DNA of 55,344 nucleotides, from assembly GCA_038153405.1 (NCBI GenBank), contig JAYOYH010000031.1, positions 1 through 55,344 of the forward strand, in the 5' to 3' direction. The position numbers and the translations under genes were made by a program. Shown here one piece after another: positions 9,484 through 18,134 of this stretch. The notes below the pieces were generated by a model. It was given only the letters and a program-made list of their open reading frames with translations. It was not told where the DNA came from and made no database searches. This DNA is from Gemmatimonadota bacterium. Lineage in GTDB: Bacteria; Latescibacterota; UBA2968; UBA8231. Position 1 is the first letter of the stretch, and the number at the start of each line of letters is the position of its first letter.

Positions 9484-10221
9484 CTAGTGACCGCGCACGA
9501 TATGGCGGTCATCGTAGACGCCGCGCGGAAAATGTGCTAGCTCGAGCGGGCCGGGTATATAGTGCCAGGCGGTGCTGTAGCGCGTGCGCTCACTCGCATT
9601 GTCGGCTGTGCCGTGCAGCAAGTTAGCCGAAAAGAGCACGACGGTGCCAGCGGGCACCGGCAACATGACGGTGCGCTGATGGTCGACCTGAGTCCAGGAG
9701 CCATGTGTGCGCGTATCGCGCTGGTGCTCGGCAAGCTGCCCGCTGCGATGGCTGCCGGGAACGACCTGCAGACAGCCGTTTTCCGCATCGGCGTCCTGCA
9801 GGTAAATGCCGCACGAAAGGACGTCGGGCGAGTCGGTGCCGAAGTAAAAGTTGTCCTGGTGCCAGTGGGTGGAGGTACCGCCGCCGGCCAGTTTAGGAAA
9901 GAACTTGGTGCCGAAGACATCGATGTCGGGACCGAGCAGTGCCTCGACGCGGTCGAGAATGGCTGCCTCCTTAGCCAGCTCGAGAATGCGCGGTTCGGCT
10001 ACGCAGACCCCCTGCACTTTGTGCAGCATGCCGGCAATGGGCTGTTCGGCCACGTCTAGCTCGAGCGAGAAATGCGCGATGGGTGCACTCAACTGACGTC
10101 CGCGCGCTACCAGTTCGTCGAACACAGATAGGTAGTGGGCCAAGCGCGGGCCGTCGATCAGGCGCTCAAATACAAGGTAGCCCTCCTCGCGAAAGCGGAC
10201 GATCTCTTCGTTGTCTAGCAT
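9484..10221 (-). CDS. Phytanoyl-CoA dioxygenase (PhyH) family Fe(II)/2OG dioxygenase
   Basis: WHQD, NGCLQVVPGSH, LLHG..N..R. Confidence 0.92.
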   Translation of the reverse strand: MLDNEEIVRFREEGYLVFERLIDGPRLAHYLSVFDELVARGRQLSAPIAHFSLELDVAEQPIAGMLHKVQGVCVAEPRILELAKEAAILDRVEALLGPDIDVFGTKFFPKLAGGGTSTHWHQDNFYFGTDSPDVLSCGIYLQDADAENGCLQVVPGSHRSGQLAEHQRDTRTHGSWTQVDHQRTVMLPVPAGTVVLFSANLLHGTADNASERTRYSTAWHYIPGPLELAHFPRGVYDDRHIVRGH

Positions 10222-10222
10222 G

Positions 10223-10690
10223 TTATCTCTCCTTGCTGGGCAGATCTATATACAGTGTGATGGCGCTTCCATCCGGTTTTGCGCGCACCTCCCATGCGTT
10301 GCCAAAATCGGCTAGGTGCGCGTCTACGTAGGCGTCGATGCCGGCTAGCGTTGCTGAGATCGCAAAGAATAGGATGCGCGTATTGCGTCGCGCTATGCGG
10401 TCTTCGTGCTCTTGGGCGTTGCGGGTATTATTTAGCGCAGCGTGTTCAGCGGCGGCGAGGGAAAAAAATGCTGCGCTGGTGCTGGCAAAGAAGAGCGCCT
10501 TGTAGGGTTTGCCGTTGTATAGTTGGCCCCACCCAGGCAGCAGCGCCGAGCGCAGCAGCGCCGCGCCTGGCTGCAGGCTGTCAGCTCGTGCCGTAGTCGA
10601 GCTATCTGCGCCGGCGATGGACTGGGCCGCTGCGCATAGGGGAACGAGGGCGCAGCCGATTAGCCGATATACGAGGCTGATAGACATCAT
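10223..10690 (-). CDS. DUF5683-like membrane protein
   Basis: RSALLPGWGQLYN and DAYVDAHL motifs. Confidence 0.75.
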   Translation of the reverse strand: MMSISLVYRLIGCALVPLCAAAQSIAGADSSTTARADSLQPGAALLRSALLPGWGQLYNGKPYKALFFASTSAAFFSLAAAEHAALNNTRNAQEHEDRIARRNTRILFFAISATLAGIDAYVDAHLADFGNAWEVRAKPDGSAITLYIDLPSKER

Positions 10691-10702
10691 CTCGAATGCA
10701 GC

Positions 10703-11629
10703 TCAGTCGCCCAAGCGCATGCCCGGGACAATGGAATGACCCAATAAGAAAGCGCTGCTGGCCATGGGAGCTTTGCCCGCTGGTTGCACGCTTTCCAGGG
10801 ATAGGGCACCTTGGCCACAGGCCACGACCAAGCCGCTGCGCCCATCGGCTTGCAGGACTTGGCCGGCTGGCCCGACGCCGTCGGCTTGCCGAGCGCGATG
10901 GATTTTGAGCTGCTGGTTGCCGTGGGTCGTGAAGGCGCCGGGAAAGGGATTAAACCCGCGAATGCGATTGCGAATGTGTTCGGCCGGCTGGCTCCAATCG
11001 ATGCGCCCGTCTTCCTTGTTGAGCTTGGGCGCGCGCGTTGCGCCGCGTTTGTCTTGCGGTAGGGGCGATAGGGTGCCCGCTTCCAACCCGTCGACCGTTT
11101 CCAACACGATATCGGCGCCGAGTGGACACAGGCGCCCCTCTAGTTCGCCGGCCGTCTCGTCTGCTCCGATGGCTATGCGTCGCTGTATGAGCAAGTCGCC
11201 CGCGTCCACGCGCGGGTTGAGCAAAAAAGTGCTAATGCCCGTCTCGCGCTCGCCGTTGGCAATGGCCCAGACGATGGGAGCGGCGCCGCGATAGGCAGGT
11301 AGGAGCGACGGGTGTAGATTGACCGAGCCGATGCGCGGGACGGCGAGCAGCGCTTTCGGCAGGATGGAAAAGGCTACGACGACAAAGAGGTCGGGCGCTA
11401 GATCGGCCAGCGCAGCGTGGAGGTCTAGGTCCTCAGTCGATTCGGGTTGCACAACGGCGAAGCCCAGCGCCAGCGCCTTCTCCTTTACCGGAGAAGCCGC
11501 CAGTTTGCGTCCGCGCCCCTTGGGTCGATCGGGATTGGTGACGACGGCTAGCACGTGGTGGCGGCTGGTAGCCAGGCGTTCTAAGGTGGGCACGGCAAAG
11601 TGAGGCGTGCCCATAAAGACGACCTTCAC
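10703..11629 (-). CDS. fmt: Methionyl-tRNA formyltransferase
   Basis: VFMGTPHFA, PDRPKGRG, NLHPSLLPAYRGAAPI; GTG start overlaps the yajC stop. Confidence 0.97.
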   Translation of the reverse strand: MKVVFMGTPHFAVPTLERLATSRHHVLAVVTNPDRPKGRGRKLAASPVKEKALALGFAVVQPESTEDLDLHAALADLAPDLFVVVAFSILPKALLAVPRIGSVNLHPSLLPAYRGAAPIVWAIANGERETGISTFLLNPRVDAGDLLIQRRIAIGADETAGELEGRLCPLGADIVLETVDGLEAGTLSPLPQDKRGATRAPKLNKEDGRIDWSQPAEHIRNRIRGFNPFPGAFTTHGNQQLKIHRARQADGVGPAGQVLQADGRSGLVVACGQGALSLESVQPAGKAPMASSAFLLGHSIVPGMRLGD

Positions 11630-11961
11630 TTCTTCTCGTCTTCCCCATTTTTGACGCGAGAGACGGCGGTGCGCGATAGCTCGATTTTCACGTTATCGGC
11701 GATCTTAACGACGAGTACGTCGTCTTTGATGTTTTGGATGATGCCGTGGATGCCGCCGCTGGTGACGATCTGGTCGCCCTTCTCCAATTCGTCTATCATG
11801 CGCTGCTGGTCCTTCTGCTTCTTCATCTGCGGGCGCAGGATGAGTAGGTAGAGCACGACGAACATCAGCGCGAAAGGGAGCAAAGAGGCGATGGGATTGG
11901 GACTGGATCCGTCGGACGGCGGCGCACCCATGGCGTAGGCTGAAGAGATGAGATCGAACAC
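11626..11961 (-). CDS. yajC: Preprotein translocase subunit YajC
   Basis: YLLILRPQMKKQK, KGDQIVTSGGIHG. Start moved to GTG at 11961, behind an AAGGA RBS. Confidence 0.95.
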   Translation of the reverse strand: MFDLISSAYAMGAPPSDGSSPNPIASLLPFALMFVVLYLLILRPQMKKQKDQQRMIDELEKGDQIVTSGGIHGIIQNIKDDVLVVKIADNVKIELSRTAVSRVKNGEDEKK

Positions 11962-12136
11962 AATGAGTCCTTTCGGTTGCGCGATAAATGACGTTTTAGC
12001 CATAAGAATATAACGATTTTGCGCTGGGCGTCACTTGTGGACGGCGCAGGATGTTGCTGGCCTTTTGTTCGCTGGCGGCAACGGTGTTGTGAGCAGCGAC
12101 GAAGCGACAAGTAGGACGCGTCTACTACGCGCTGGC

Positions 12137-12166
12137 TTGACAGTGCAATTGGCGCGCGCGTACTGT
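12137..12166 (+). promoter_or_regulatory. Candidate sigma70 promoter TTGACA-N18-TACTGT
   Basis: Perfect -35 at 12137-12142 and TAnnnT at 12161-12166, upstream of the AGGAAGGAG RBS of the 12195 ORF. Confidence 0.45.
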
Positions 12167-12194
12167 CTTTTTCATGCGATAGGAAGGAGCGCGC

Positions 12195-12761
12195 ATGGGC
12201 AAACGCAGAAAGGGTAGCAGCGGTGGTCAGCTGCTGAACAAGCATCAGCGGGCCGCATTTCGTCCGGGCGAGGAGCGCGTCGGCCGCGAGCAAATAGAGG
12301 AACTGCTGGACATGTCGCGCAGCAGCGACCCAGTGGATCGCCTCACAGCGGCCTCCTACCTGTGTCCTTGCCACGTGCGCCGTCGCATCGACGAAGTGTG
12401 GCAAGCGCTCTTTCGCATGCTCGAAGACGAAGATGTGAAAGTGCGGCGCGCAGCCTGGCACACCCTAGAAGATGGGGGCAAGCCAGACGATCCGGTGCTC
12501 GACGCCATTATCGAGCGCACGCTGCAGCGCGACGGCGATCGACAGGTACTCAACTTTGCGCGCCTCTTTGCCAAGGGTCGCAAACAGCGCAGAGATGTGG
12601 AATTTGCCGCTGCGGCGATCTCCGACTACCCCGAGCGCGGCAAATGCGATTTTTGTGCCAAGACCAATGTTGCAGTAAAGAAGGATTTTGCAACCGAGCT
12701 AGCCGGGGGGGAGGGACGGCGCTTTGCCTTGGTATGCGAGTCGTGCGATAGGGCGCTGTAA
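12195..12761 (+). CDS. Hypothetical protein with HEAT-like repeat, CPCH motif and C-terminal CxxC..CxxC
   Basis: Strong RBS; LEDEDVKVRRAAWHTL is HEAT-like; LCPCH, CDFC, CESC. Confidence 0.75.
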   Translation: MGKRRKGSSGGQLLNKHQRAAFRPGEERVGREQIEELLDMSRSSDPVDRLTAASYLCPCHVRRRIDEVWQALFRMLEDEDVKVRRAAWHTLEDGGKPDDPVLDAIIERTLQRDGDRQVLNFARLFAKGRKQRRDVEFAAAAISDYPERGKCDFCAKTNVAVKKDFATELAGGEGRRFALVCESCDRAL

Positions 12762-12772
12762 ATTTACTTGAT

Positions 12773-12824
12773 ACCGCACGTAAAAAGGCCCTCCTGTCGT
12801 CGGGAGGGCCTTTTTACGTGCGGT
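12773..12824. terminator. Bidirectional intrinsic terminator with a perfect 22-bp stem
   Basis: ACCGCACGTAAAAAGGCCCTCC, 8-nt loop, GGAGGGCCTTTTTACGTGCGGT; lies between convergent genes. Confidence 0.88.
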
Positions 12825-12835
12825 TGCGCCACGCC

Positions 12836-13252
12836 TCAGCGATCGCCGGCGGCGTCGGGTTCTACCTCGTAAGCCGGAAGCTCGACCGACTCACAGGTAA
12901 TTTCCGTTTGGGCCAGTGGATGCCACTCCAGTAGTTCGTCGATGCGAAAGACCTCTACCAGGCCGGGTGAAAGCTTGATAAAGAAGTCGATGTGCGCGTC
13001 GATCTGGCGATTGATGCCAATGGCGCTTAGATCGGTAAACTCGTCGCGGCCGATCTCAATGAGGTGCCACGGGAGCCAGGCGGCCAGTGTCTGGCTGTCT
13101 TCCATGCCATGCTCGCAGTGAAATTCTTTGAGGAAGGGCGTGAGCATGTTGAGCAGATCGCGCGCAGAGTAATCGCACTCTAGATCTATTAGAACAGCAA
13201 AGTGATCAATAGCTAAGTCGATTTCGTTGTATAGGCCAATCTGGCACTTCAT
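12836..13252 (-). CDS. Hypothetical acidic protein
   Basis: Clean ORF; ATG at 13252 follows GGGAGA; ends at the bidirectional terminator. Confidence 0.7.
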   Translation of the reverse strand: MKCQIGLYNEIDLAIDHFAVLIDLECDYSARDLLNMLTPFLKEFHCEHGMEDSQTLAAWLPWHLIEIGRDEFTDLSAIGINRQIDAHIDFFIKLSPGLVEVFRIDELLEWHPLAQTEITCESVELPAYEVEPDAAGDR

Positions 13253-13386
13253 AATGGCAATTCTCCCATGCATTCTGTATGGCGCGCTAATAAACGGAAA
13301 AGCTGAGTCTGCGCCAAATCAGACGGGGTATGGATAATAGACCTAACCGTCAATTAAAACAAAAGGCGTCCCGCTAGTCGAGCGGC

Positions 13387-14529
13387 TTATTTGTCGCGGT
13401 ACTGTGCGAGGAAGTCGCGCTGCCATTGCGCGAAATGACCGGCTATAATGGCTTGGCGCGCTTCGCGCATAAACTGTTGGAAGAAGAAAATGTTGTGAAA
13501 GGTGGCCAAGTGCAAGCCCAGAAATTCACCTGTTTGGAAGAGGTGGCGCACGTAGGCTCGGCTGTAGTGCGCACAGGTCTTGCAGGCGCATCCCTCCTCT
13601 ATGGGGGCGCTGTCTTCGGCGTGCCGAGCATTCTTGAGGCGCAGGCGACCGCTGCGCGTAAAGGCGGTGCCGTTGCGCGCATTGCGCGTGGGTACGACGC
13701 AGTCAAACATATCCACCCCAAGTCCGACAGCTTCTACTAAATCGTGCGGCAGGCCCACGCCCATTAGGTAGCGCGGCTTTTCGGTTGGCAGGTGCGGTTC
13801 GGTCGCGGCGATGACGTCGATCATCTGTTCGCGCTTTTCGCCAACGGCTAGCCCGCCGATGGCGTAGCCGGGCAAGTCCATGTCGACCAGCTTCTGTGCG
13901 CAGCGCTGGCGCAGGTCTGGATAGACGCTGCCCTGCACGATGCCGAAAAGTGCCTGCGGTGCCCGGTGGCTGCGCTCGTCGCTGAGCTGGCGATGGCGCA
14001 CTAGGCAGCGCTCGGCCCAGCGCAGCGTCATTTCCATAGAGCGCTGGGCGTAGTCGCGTTCGCACGGATAGGGCGTGCACTCGTCGAAAGCCATGATGAT
14101 ATCGGCACCTAGGCCGTGTTCAATCTCCATGACTTTTTCCGGCGTGAACAGGTGGTAAGAGCCGTCGAGGTGCGACTGAAAGCGCACGCCTTCCTCGCCT
14201 ATTTTATTGAGCGCGCTGAGGCTGAATACCTGAAAGCCGCCGCTGTCGGTGAGAATGGGGCGCTGCCAGTTCATAAAGTCGTGCAACCCGCCGGCCCGAT
14301 CGATTAGCTCGTGTCCAGGCCGCAGGTAGAGGTGGTAGGCATTGCCCAGAATAATTTGCGCACCGGCTTCTTGGAGGTCGCCCTGATCGAGGGTTTTTAC
14401 GGTAGCCTGCGTGCCGACGGGCATAAAGACCGGTGTTTCGATGCTGCCGTGCGGCGTGTGCAGCAGGCCGGCCCGCGCGCCGGTGTGCTCGTCGCGTGCG
14501 ATGAGTTCAAAGGTAAATGAATTTGTCAT
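13387..14529 (-). CDS. tgt: tRNA-guanine transglycosylase
   Basis: TPVFMPVGT, TDSGGFQVFSL, FDCVVPTR, CACKTC Zn site. Start set at MTNSF (ATGA overlap with the upstream gene). Confidence 0.97.
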   Translation of the reverse strand: MTNSFTFELIARDEHTGARAGLLHTPHGSIETPVFMPVGTQATVKTLDQGDLQEAGAQIILGNAYHLYLRPGHELIDRAGGLHDFMNWQRPILTDSGGFQVFSLSALNKIGEEGVRFQSHLDGSYHLFTPEKVMEIEHGLGADIIMAFDECTPYPCERDYAQRSMEMTLRWAERCLVRHRQLSDERSHRAPQALFGIVQGSVYPDLRQRCAQKLVDMDLPGYAIGGLAVGEKREQMIDVIAATEPHLPTEKPRYLMGVGLPHDLVEAVGLGVDMFDCVVPTRNARNGTAFTRSGRLRLKNARHAEDSAPIEEGCACKTCAHYSRAYVRHLFQTGEFLGLHLATFHNIFFFQQFMREARQAIIAGHFAQWQRDFLAQYRDK

Positions 14530-15659
14530 GGTGCCAGTTGTTCTAACGAGGCAAAGCGAAACCCGCGGCTCTCTAAGCGCGGCAGCACGCGCTCTAGCGC
14601 AAGCAGCGTATTTTGGCGGTCGCGGCCGATGCCGATGGCACTGCCCGTGCGCCCGGCCGTTTCGGCCAAACTCCACAGCTTGGCCTCGATTGCGTCGCGT
14701 TCATCGATTTCGTCGATGAGGGCATCGCGCTGAAGCGCGCGCACGCCAGTCGCTTGGCTCAGGTCGCTCGCGGTGGAATGGGGCGCCGCGCGGCCGTCGA
14801 CAAAGAGGAGGTTTTGGGCCTTGGCCTCGCTCAGAAGCGAGCGCATGATGCGCCCGTCGCCGTCGATTTTCGAGTTGGCGTGGCTGTTGAAGCCAATGGC
14901 TGCCGGCACCTTTTTCAGTGCGCTCCTGAGCGCCTGGCGCACGGCGTCGTCGTCCAACGCGCGCGCCGCTTCGCCTTCCAGGACCGCGGGTAGGCCGACG
15001 AGCAGGTCGTGGCCGCTGGCCGCGGCGCGCTCTGCGACGGCCTCGATGGGGCCGACATCGGGCAAGAGGGTCAGCGTGAGATGCTGGGGCAGGGCGCAGA
15101 AGCGCTGGTAGAAGCGGCTGTCGCCCGCTACATCGTCTATGACGAGGGCGATTGAGCCGGTGCGGCGTCGCTGGTTGCTAGGGGTGAGGATGATTGATGT
15201 GGTGTGCAGCGAATCAAAGCCGCACTCCATTTCCACGCGCGCACCGCGCTGAGTCTCAACGGCGCGCAGCACGCGGCCGCCGTGTGCCCGGGTGGCCAGC
15301 GAAACGGCGAGATTAATTTCAGCCAGCGGCAGGTCGGCGGGTACGGCTACTTCTATGCGGTCGACGTCGCCGCGCTGCTTGCGCAGCAGAGCTGGCCAGA
15401 GACCGCGCTCGTCGAGCACGCGGTCGATGTCTTGGTAGAGCGCAGCGGCAAATTGGCGCGCGTCGCTGGCTGGAACAGGAGCGTATTCGACGTGCTCAAC
15501 GGGCGCAATATCCGGCTCTATCAGCGGGCGGTTGTGCCACTGAAGGTAGAGGGCCGTCGACGCGGCGGCAATCAGCACGAACGCCGAAAGCAGCAGGTGC
15601 CAAACGGCCGAGCGCGGTTTTTTTACCAGGCCCGGCCGTGAAGAGCGTCGAGTCATCAA
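14526..15659 (-). CDS. Divergent polysaccharide deacetylase family protein, membrane-anchored
   Basis: IALVIDD, GFNSH, LFVD, AIGIG; N-terminal TM helix. Several family His residues appear substituted. Confidence 0.8.
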   Translation of the reverse strand: MMTRRSSRPGLVKKPRSAVWHLLLSAFVLIAAASTALYLQWHNRPLIEPDIAPVEHVEYAPVPASDARQFAAALYQDIDRVLDERGLWPALLRKQRGDVDRIEVAVPADLPLAEINLAVSLATRAHGGRVLRAVETQRGARVEMECGFDSLHTTSIILTPSNQRRRTGSIALVIDDVAGDSRFYQRFCALPQHLTLTLLPDVGPIEAVAERAAASGHDLLVGLPAVLEGEAARALDDDAVRQALRSALKKVPAAIGFNSHANSKIDGDGRIMRSLLSEAKAQNLLFVDGRAAPHSTASDLSQATGVRALQRDALIDEIDERDAIEAKLWSLAETAGRTGSAIGIGRDRQNTLLALERVLPRLESRGFRFASLEQLAP

Positions 15660-16316
15660 CTAGCGCGCAGCAATCTGTTTGGCGTTGCCCCAGTCAACGA
15701 ACTGCGCCGAGCGCTTGCCGGTGCCGCAGTCGCCAGAGAGGGGATCGTCTATCCAGCGGGTAATGCGCCACAGGCCGTCGTCACCGGCGCGGAGCTTGTA
15801 GGTCATGATCTGGTCGACGCGGAACCCGTCGCCGTTTTCGTCTAGCATGAGCATCTGCACGCGCCCGCGAAAGACCTGCCAATCTTCGTTCGGGTGTCCG
15901 TCTGGATCGTCTTCAAAGGCATCGGGGAAATCGGGGCCCAACTCGACGCTGCGGCGAATGAGCTGAAAGTCGAATTCAAACGAGCGAAAGATATCGAAGA
16001 TGCCGGGGCGCGCGCCATCGCGGCTGCCGCCGAGAAACTCCAGTTCCTGTTCCAAGCCGTTTTCGAGAACGATGTCGCCAGCGCAGTCCGTTTCGGTAAA
16101 CCAGAAGCCCTGGTCGAGAACGCTCTCATAGAGGTCTTTGTCGCGGTCGCGCATGGCGCGCGCCAAGTTGTCCATGAGGATTTCTGGCGTCGAAGCATCG
16201 GGAGCCGGTCCCTGAACATCTCCCGTCCCCGGCTGTTTGTCTGGCGCGAAGGGATTGCCGCAGCCGGCCAGCGGCGCGGCGATGAGAAAGGCGATTAACA
16301 AGGCCGTGGGGCGCAT
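15660..16316 (-). CDS. Hypothetical lipoprotein (possibly NTF2/SnoaL-like)
   Basis: LAGC lipobox, AAGGAG RBS, TPEILMDNL..Y..L..F.F, WRITRWID. Confidence 0.8.
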   Translation of the reverse strand: MRPTALLIAFLIAAPLAGCGNPFAPDKQPGTGDVQGPAPDASTPEILMDNLARAMRDRDKDLYESVLDQGFWFTETDCAGDIVLENGLEQELEFLGGSRDGARPGIFDIFRSFEFDFQLIRRSVELGPDFPDAFEDDPDGHPNEDWQVFRGRVQMLMLDENGDGFRVDQIMTYKLRAGDDGLWRITRWIDDPLSGDCGTGKRSAQFVDWGNAKQIAAR

Positions 16317-16401
16317 GAAGACTGCTCCTTTGTTGGTCTTTTTAGGCTGTGATTCACTAATAATATAACGGGTTTCCCGCTAAATACATCCGCCGTTTCG
16401 A

Positions 16402-17196
16402 CTAGCGGGCAAAGAGCGCGCGCAGCTCGCCCCAAGAGAACTTGGCTGAGGCGCGATCGCGCAGGTCGCGCCACTGGGCGACGTTCCAGACGGGGTTTTC
16501 CACCGTTGGCGTCACCAAGTCTACTTCCATGAATCCCTTGATGGCAATGACGTTGCCGCCGGTAGTCGAGCGCTCTTCCGCCGTTTCGGTAAACTCGAGT
16601 TCATAGGGAAAGATAAAAGTTTCGCTCAGCTGGTCGGCTGAGGGAACGCGCTCGTCTATGGCCGATTGGAACCAGCGAATAAAGCGCACGCTTTGGGTGC
16701 GTTCGGGATCGAGTATGGCGCGGGCAAAGTCGCGCTCCTGGGCGACGCCCCAGAGCGTATCCTGCGCGGCATCGTAAATTTCGGGATGGCGCTGAATATC
16801 TTCTTCGTCGGGGACAAAGGAGAAGCCGTTCGTCAGCTGCTCCATATACTGTTCTGGGTTGCGGCTTTCGGGCGGCGCCGTGAAGATCGTGCGCAGGTTG
16901 GATAGCACGTATTCGGGGCGCGTGCGCTCCAGCAAAAACAGCTGTTGACCGCTCGGACATTCGGGCACCTGAGTGGCAAAGGGGTTGGGCGCATCCTCGG
17001 GCTGGCTCGACGTGGCGTCGGCGCAGTGTGGAAAGAGAATGGTGCTGGTGCTGGGGCCACAGCGGCATTCGGCCTGTTCGGAATCGCCGAGTCCACAGCT
17101 GGCAAGCGCCACGGCGGCCAGTGCCGTGCCGCAGCCCCGCGCTAGCCTGGGTAAAAGGGAACCGGGCAAAAGCACAGGGCAAATACGATCAGGCAT
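16402..17196 (-). CDS. Hypothetical lipoprotein, paralogue of 15660-16316
   Basis: LASC lipobox, PEYVLSNL..Y..L..F.F, WNVAQWRD. Start is uncertain; ATG 17196 overlaps the M50 gene. Confidence 0.72.
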   Translation of the reverse strand: MPDRICPVLLPGSLLPRLARGCGTALAAVALASCGLGDSEQAECRCGPSTSTILFPHCADATSSQPEDAPNPFATQVPECPSGQQLFLLERTRPEYVLSNLRTIFTAPPESRNPEQYMEQLTNGFSFVPDEEDIQRHPEIYDAAQDTLWGVAQERDFARAILDPERTQSVRFIRWFQSAIDERVPSADQLSETFIFPYELEFTETAEERSTTGGNVIAIKGFMEVDLVTPTVENPVWNVAQWRDLRDRASAKFSWGELRALFAR

Positions 17197-18134
17197 GCGT
17201 ACCCAATCCAGCGCCGCGGCCGATCCAATTCGGTAAAGGAATCGTAGGGCGCAGGATGGTCCTTGCCAAAGAGCGTTAGAAAAAAGGCCAGTGCCAGCCA
17301 TCCGGGCCAGCCTGCAGGCCACGGCGTTTCCCAGAACAGCGTGACGATTCCATAGGTGCCCATGGCCATCAGCGCCAGGAAAGCGATGCGGGCGATAAGG
17401 CGATGCCAGCGCCCAAAGAGGGCATAGGTGATATGACCACCGTCCAGCTGGCCGATGGGAAATAAGTTGAACGCGGTGATAAAGAGGCCAACCCAACCGG
17501 CAAAGGCAATGGGATGGAGCAGGACGTGCTGTCCAGGAGCGATGGCTGGCAGGGCGAGTTCGGCGATGGCTCGAAACAACAGCGGCGTGCCCAATTCAAT
17601 GGGCGGGCCGTAGAAATAGTCGCCGGCGACGATCTGCGAGTGCGTTAGCCCGACGGCGCAGGCGATTAGTGCAACGATAAAACCGGCCAGCGGCCCGGCG
17701 GCGCCGATGTCGAGGAGCGCGCGCTTGTGCGGGATGGCCGAGCGAATTTTAATGACTGCGCCGAGCGTGCCCAGAAACGAAATGTAGGGCAGCGGCAGGA
17801 AGTAGGGCAGCGACGCTTTGACGCCCCAGCTGCGCGCGGCGAAGTAGTGGCCGAATTCGTGTACGGTGAGAATGGTCAGCAGCGTTGCTGCAAAGGGAAT
17901 GCCCTCGACTAAATGGACTAGCGTGTGCAGCGAAACGAGGGGATCGACGCCCTGCTGCATGGCGCCGGCCGCCATCATGGAAACCAGCGTTAGGGCGAAG
18001 AGCAGGACGTGCATCCAGGCGCGCGTTGGCCGCGGCACAGGGGGGGCAGGAGGCACAGACCATGTGGGCTGATAAGAAACCGATGGCAGTGGGCGCGGTG
18101 CAAGCACCGGCGGCGTTTTGCGCCACAGATTCAC
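17142..18134 (-). CDS. Site-2 protease (M50 family membrane zinc metalloprotease)
   Basis: HEFGH, AGPLAG, NLFPIGQLDGG; multiple TM segments. Confidence 0.93.
   Translation of the reverse strand: MNLWRKTPPVLAPRPLPSVSYQPTWSVPPAPPVPRPTRAWMHVLLFALTLVSMMAAGAMQQGVDPLVSLHTLVHLVEGIPFAATLLTILTVHEFGHYFAARSWGVKASLPYFLPLPYISFLGTLGAVIKIRSAIPHKRALLDIGAAGPLAGFIVALIACAVGLTHSQIVAGDYFYGPPIELGTPLLFRAIAELALPAIAPGQHVLLHPIAFAGWVGLFITAFNLFPIGQLDGGHITYALFGRWHRLIARIAFLALMAMGTYGIVTLFWETPWPAGWPGWLALAFFLTLFGKDHPAPYDSFTELDRPRRWIGYACLIVFALCFCPVPFYPG

Noticed and set aside
14530..14676. N-terminal extensions given by the ORF track for tgt, and similarly for ribE, rhaB, ftsY, PHP, the sigma factor and the enolase
   Set aside because: They overlap upstream genes or promoters; downstream starts fit the RBSs, gene overlaps and family N-termini better.
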